Assembly: GCA_030429145.1 (NCBI GenBank)
Contig: JAUIDC010000001.1
Span: forward strand, 600,001 to 632,000
DNA from: Candidatus Saccharimonadota bacterium
Lineage (GTDB): Bacteria; Patescibacteriota; Gracilibacteria; Absconditabacterales; Absconditicoccaceae
Length of the DNA stretch: 32,000 nucleotides
Reading direction: 5' to 3'
Positions 31,234 to 32,000 of this stretch are shown here, in pieces. Under the pieces are notes generated by a model. That model made no database searches. It had not been told where the DNA came from and saw nothing but the letters and a program-made list of their open reading frames with translations. A program made the translations under genes and the position numbers. Position 1 is the first letter of the stretch. Every line of letters begins with the position of its first letter.

Positions 31234-31756
31234 ATGGTAAGAACTGCATAATTACTTTTACCATCGGATCAATTTCTGGTCAGTAGACCATGGCTCCACC
31301 AAGAGCTCAGGTGATGGTCAAAGCGAGAAGTCAGCCAATAGCAAGTATGTACAGTACGCCACTTCTTTTATAGAGAAAAGCTATCTTTTGTAGCAATCTA
31401 TGAGCCCAGCTACCTATCATTTTTGCCCCTAAAGAGGTCCTTACACCATCATACAATATCCACTGTGAAACATATCCCAACGTTGCCAACCCATAGAGCC
31501 AGTTTGAGAGATTACCAAAGTTTTCGTGTCGTTCAAGTATTCTTTGGGCGCCGTACCCAGCGTCTTCCATTGCCTCGCCTGAGGAAAGAGCAGCTTGTAT
31601 ACCAACCCATCCTACAACGATGAGAAATAGCTTAATATATCGAACAGTTCTATTGTGTCTCACCTTGGGAAAGAGAGATGCTATTTCAAGGAGGCTATAT
31701 ATGGTAAGTAGAGCAATGGGGAAGTGTACAACGACAGGATGGATTGTATCGAACAT
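31232..31756 (-). CDS. DUF2231-type membrane protein (174 aa)
   Basis: MFDTIHPVVVHFPIALLTIYSLLE is the DUF2231 HP..VHFPIAL signature. ORF 31331-31756 extends through TGA at 31331, 31301 and 31274 (...LAIG-G-LLALTIT-G-ALGGAMVY-G-PEIDPMV...) to TAA at 31232-31234. Confidence 0.7.
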
Positions 31757-31862
31757 GAACTAATAGAAAATATATAAAATGGAAAGTTTATAAAAAACAA
31801 ACAATACTTTCCTATCTATACGTAATTGCTACTAAATTACAAAAAATTTTTCTATAAATAAA

Positions 31863-31894
31863 ATAGTATGCCCGTTTATGTGGAGACATACTAT
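31863..31894. terminator. 8-bp inverted repeat, possible terminator for a gene entering from the right edge
   Basis: ATAGTATG-(16 nt)-CATACTAT with T-rich sequence on both sides. The long loop makes it a weak call. Confidence 0.3.
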
Positions 31895-32000
31895 TTTGTG
31901 AGTGTTTTTAGTTGGGGATGTTTTATCTTATGGATTACTCCATAACTACGATAATCCAGGGATATTTGGCATACCACCTGATCAACCACCAAGCATACCT

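Noticed and set aside
31936-32000. Possible 3' end of a minus-strand gene entering from the right edge (for example ...RYAWWLIRWYAKYPWIIVVME-TAA, or a Gly-rich ...GMLGG[G]SGGMPNIPGLS-TAG in another frame)
   Set aside because: All three minus frames are open over the available ~65 nt. With so little sequence I cannot choose a frame or a product, so it is not reported as a feature.

Overview
Compact, gene-dense bacterial chromosome segment (roughly 40% G+C by eye) that only reads sensibly under genetic code 25, where UGA encodes Gly. The supplied standard-code ORF track breaks almost every conserved gene at TGA. The pieces are always in one frame, TGA falls on conserved glycines, and every gene I could close ends in TAA or TAG. 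This points to Gracilibacteria (BD1-5) or Absconditabacteria (SR1), both CPR/Patescibacteria lineages. After re-joining fragments I find 31 protein genes and 2 tRNAs. Recognisable products are pth, infB, cca, HIT, rplI, S41 protease, mscL, lspA, trxB, a GT2 glycosyltransferase, tRNA-Lys(CUU), tRNA-Trp(CCA), a flavodoxin-fold NAD(P)H oxidoreductase, DoxX, csaA, archaeal-type proS, a cupin, a MOP flippase, Nudix, ftsH, rlmE, a 2H phosphoesterase, der, ASCH and DUF2231. There are also several clear rho-independent terminators. I see no rRNA, CRISPR array, transposase, integrase or prophage signal. The loci most worth follow-up are: (1) a 1083-codon membrane-anchored VirD4/TraD-like ATPase hidden as five ORF fragments; (2) an 852-codon LtaS-like sulfatase fused to a divergent GDPD domain; (3) tandem UGA-UGA and UGA-UGA-UGA runs; (4) a GC-rich ASCH gene; (5) two unassignable proteins. 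All homology calls come from motif recognition by eye, with no searches run.
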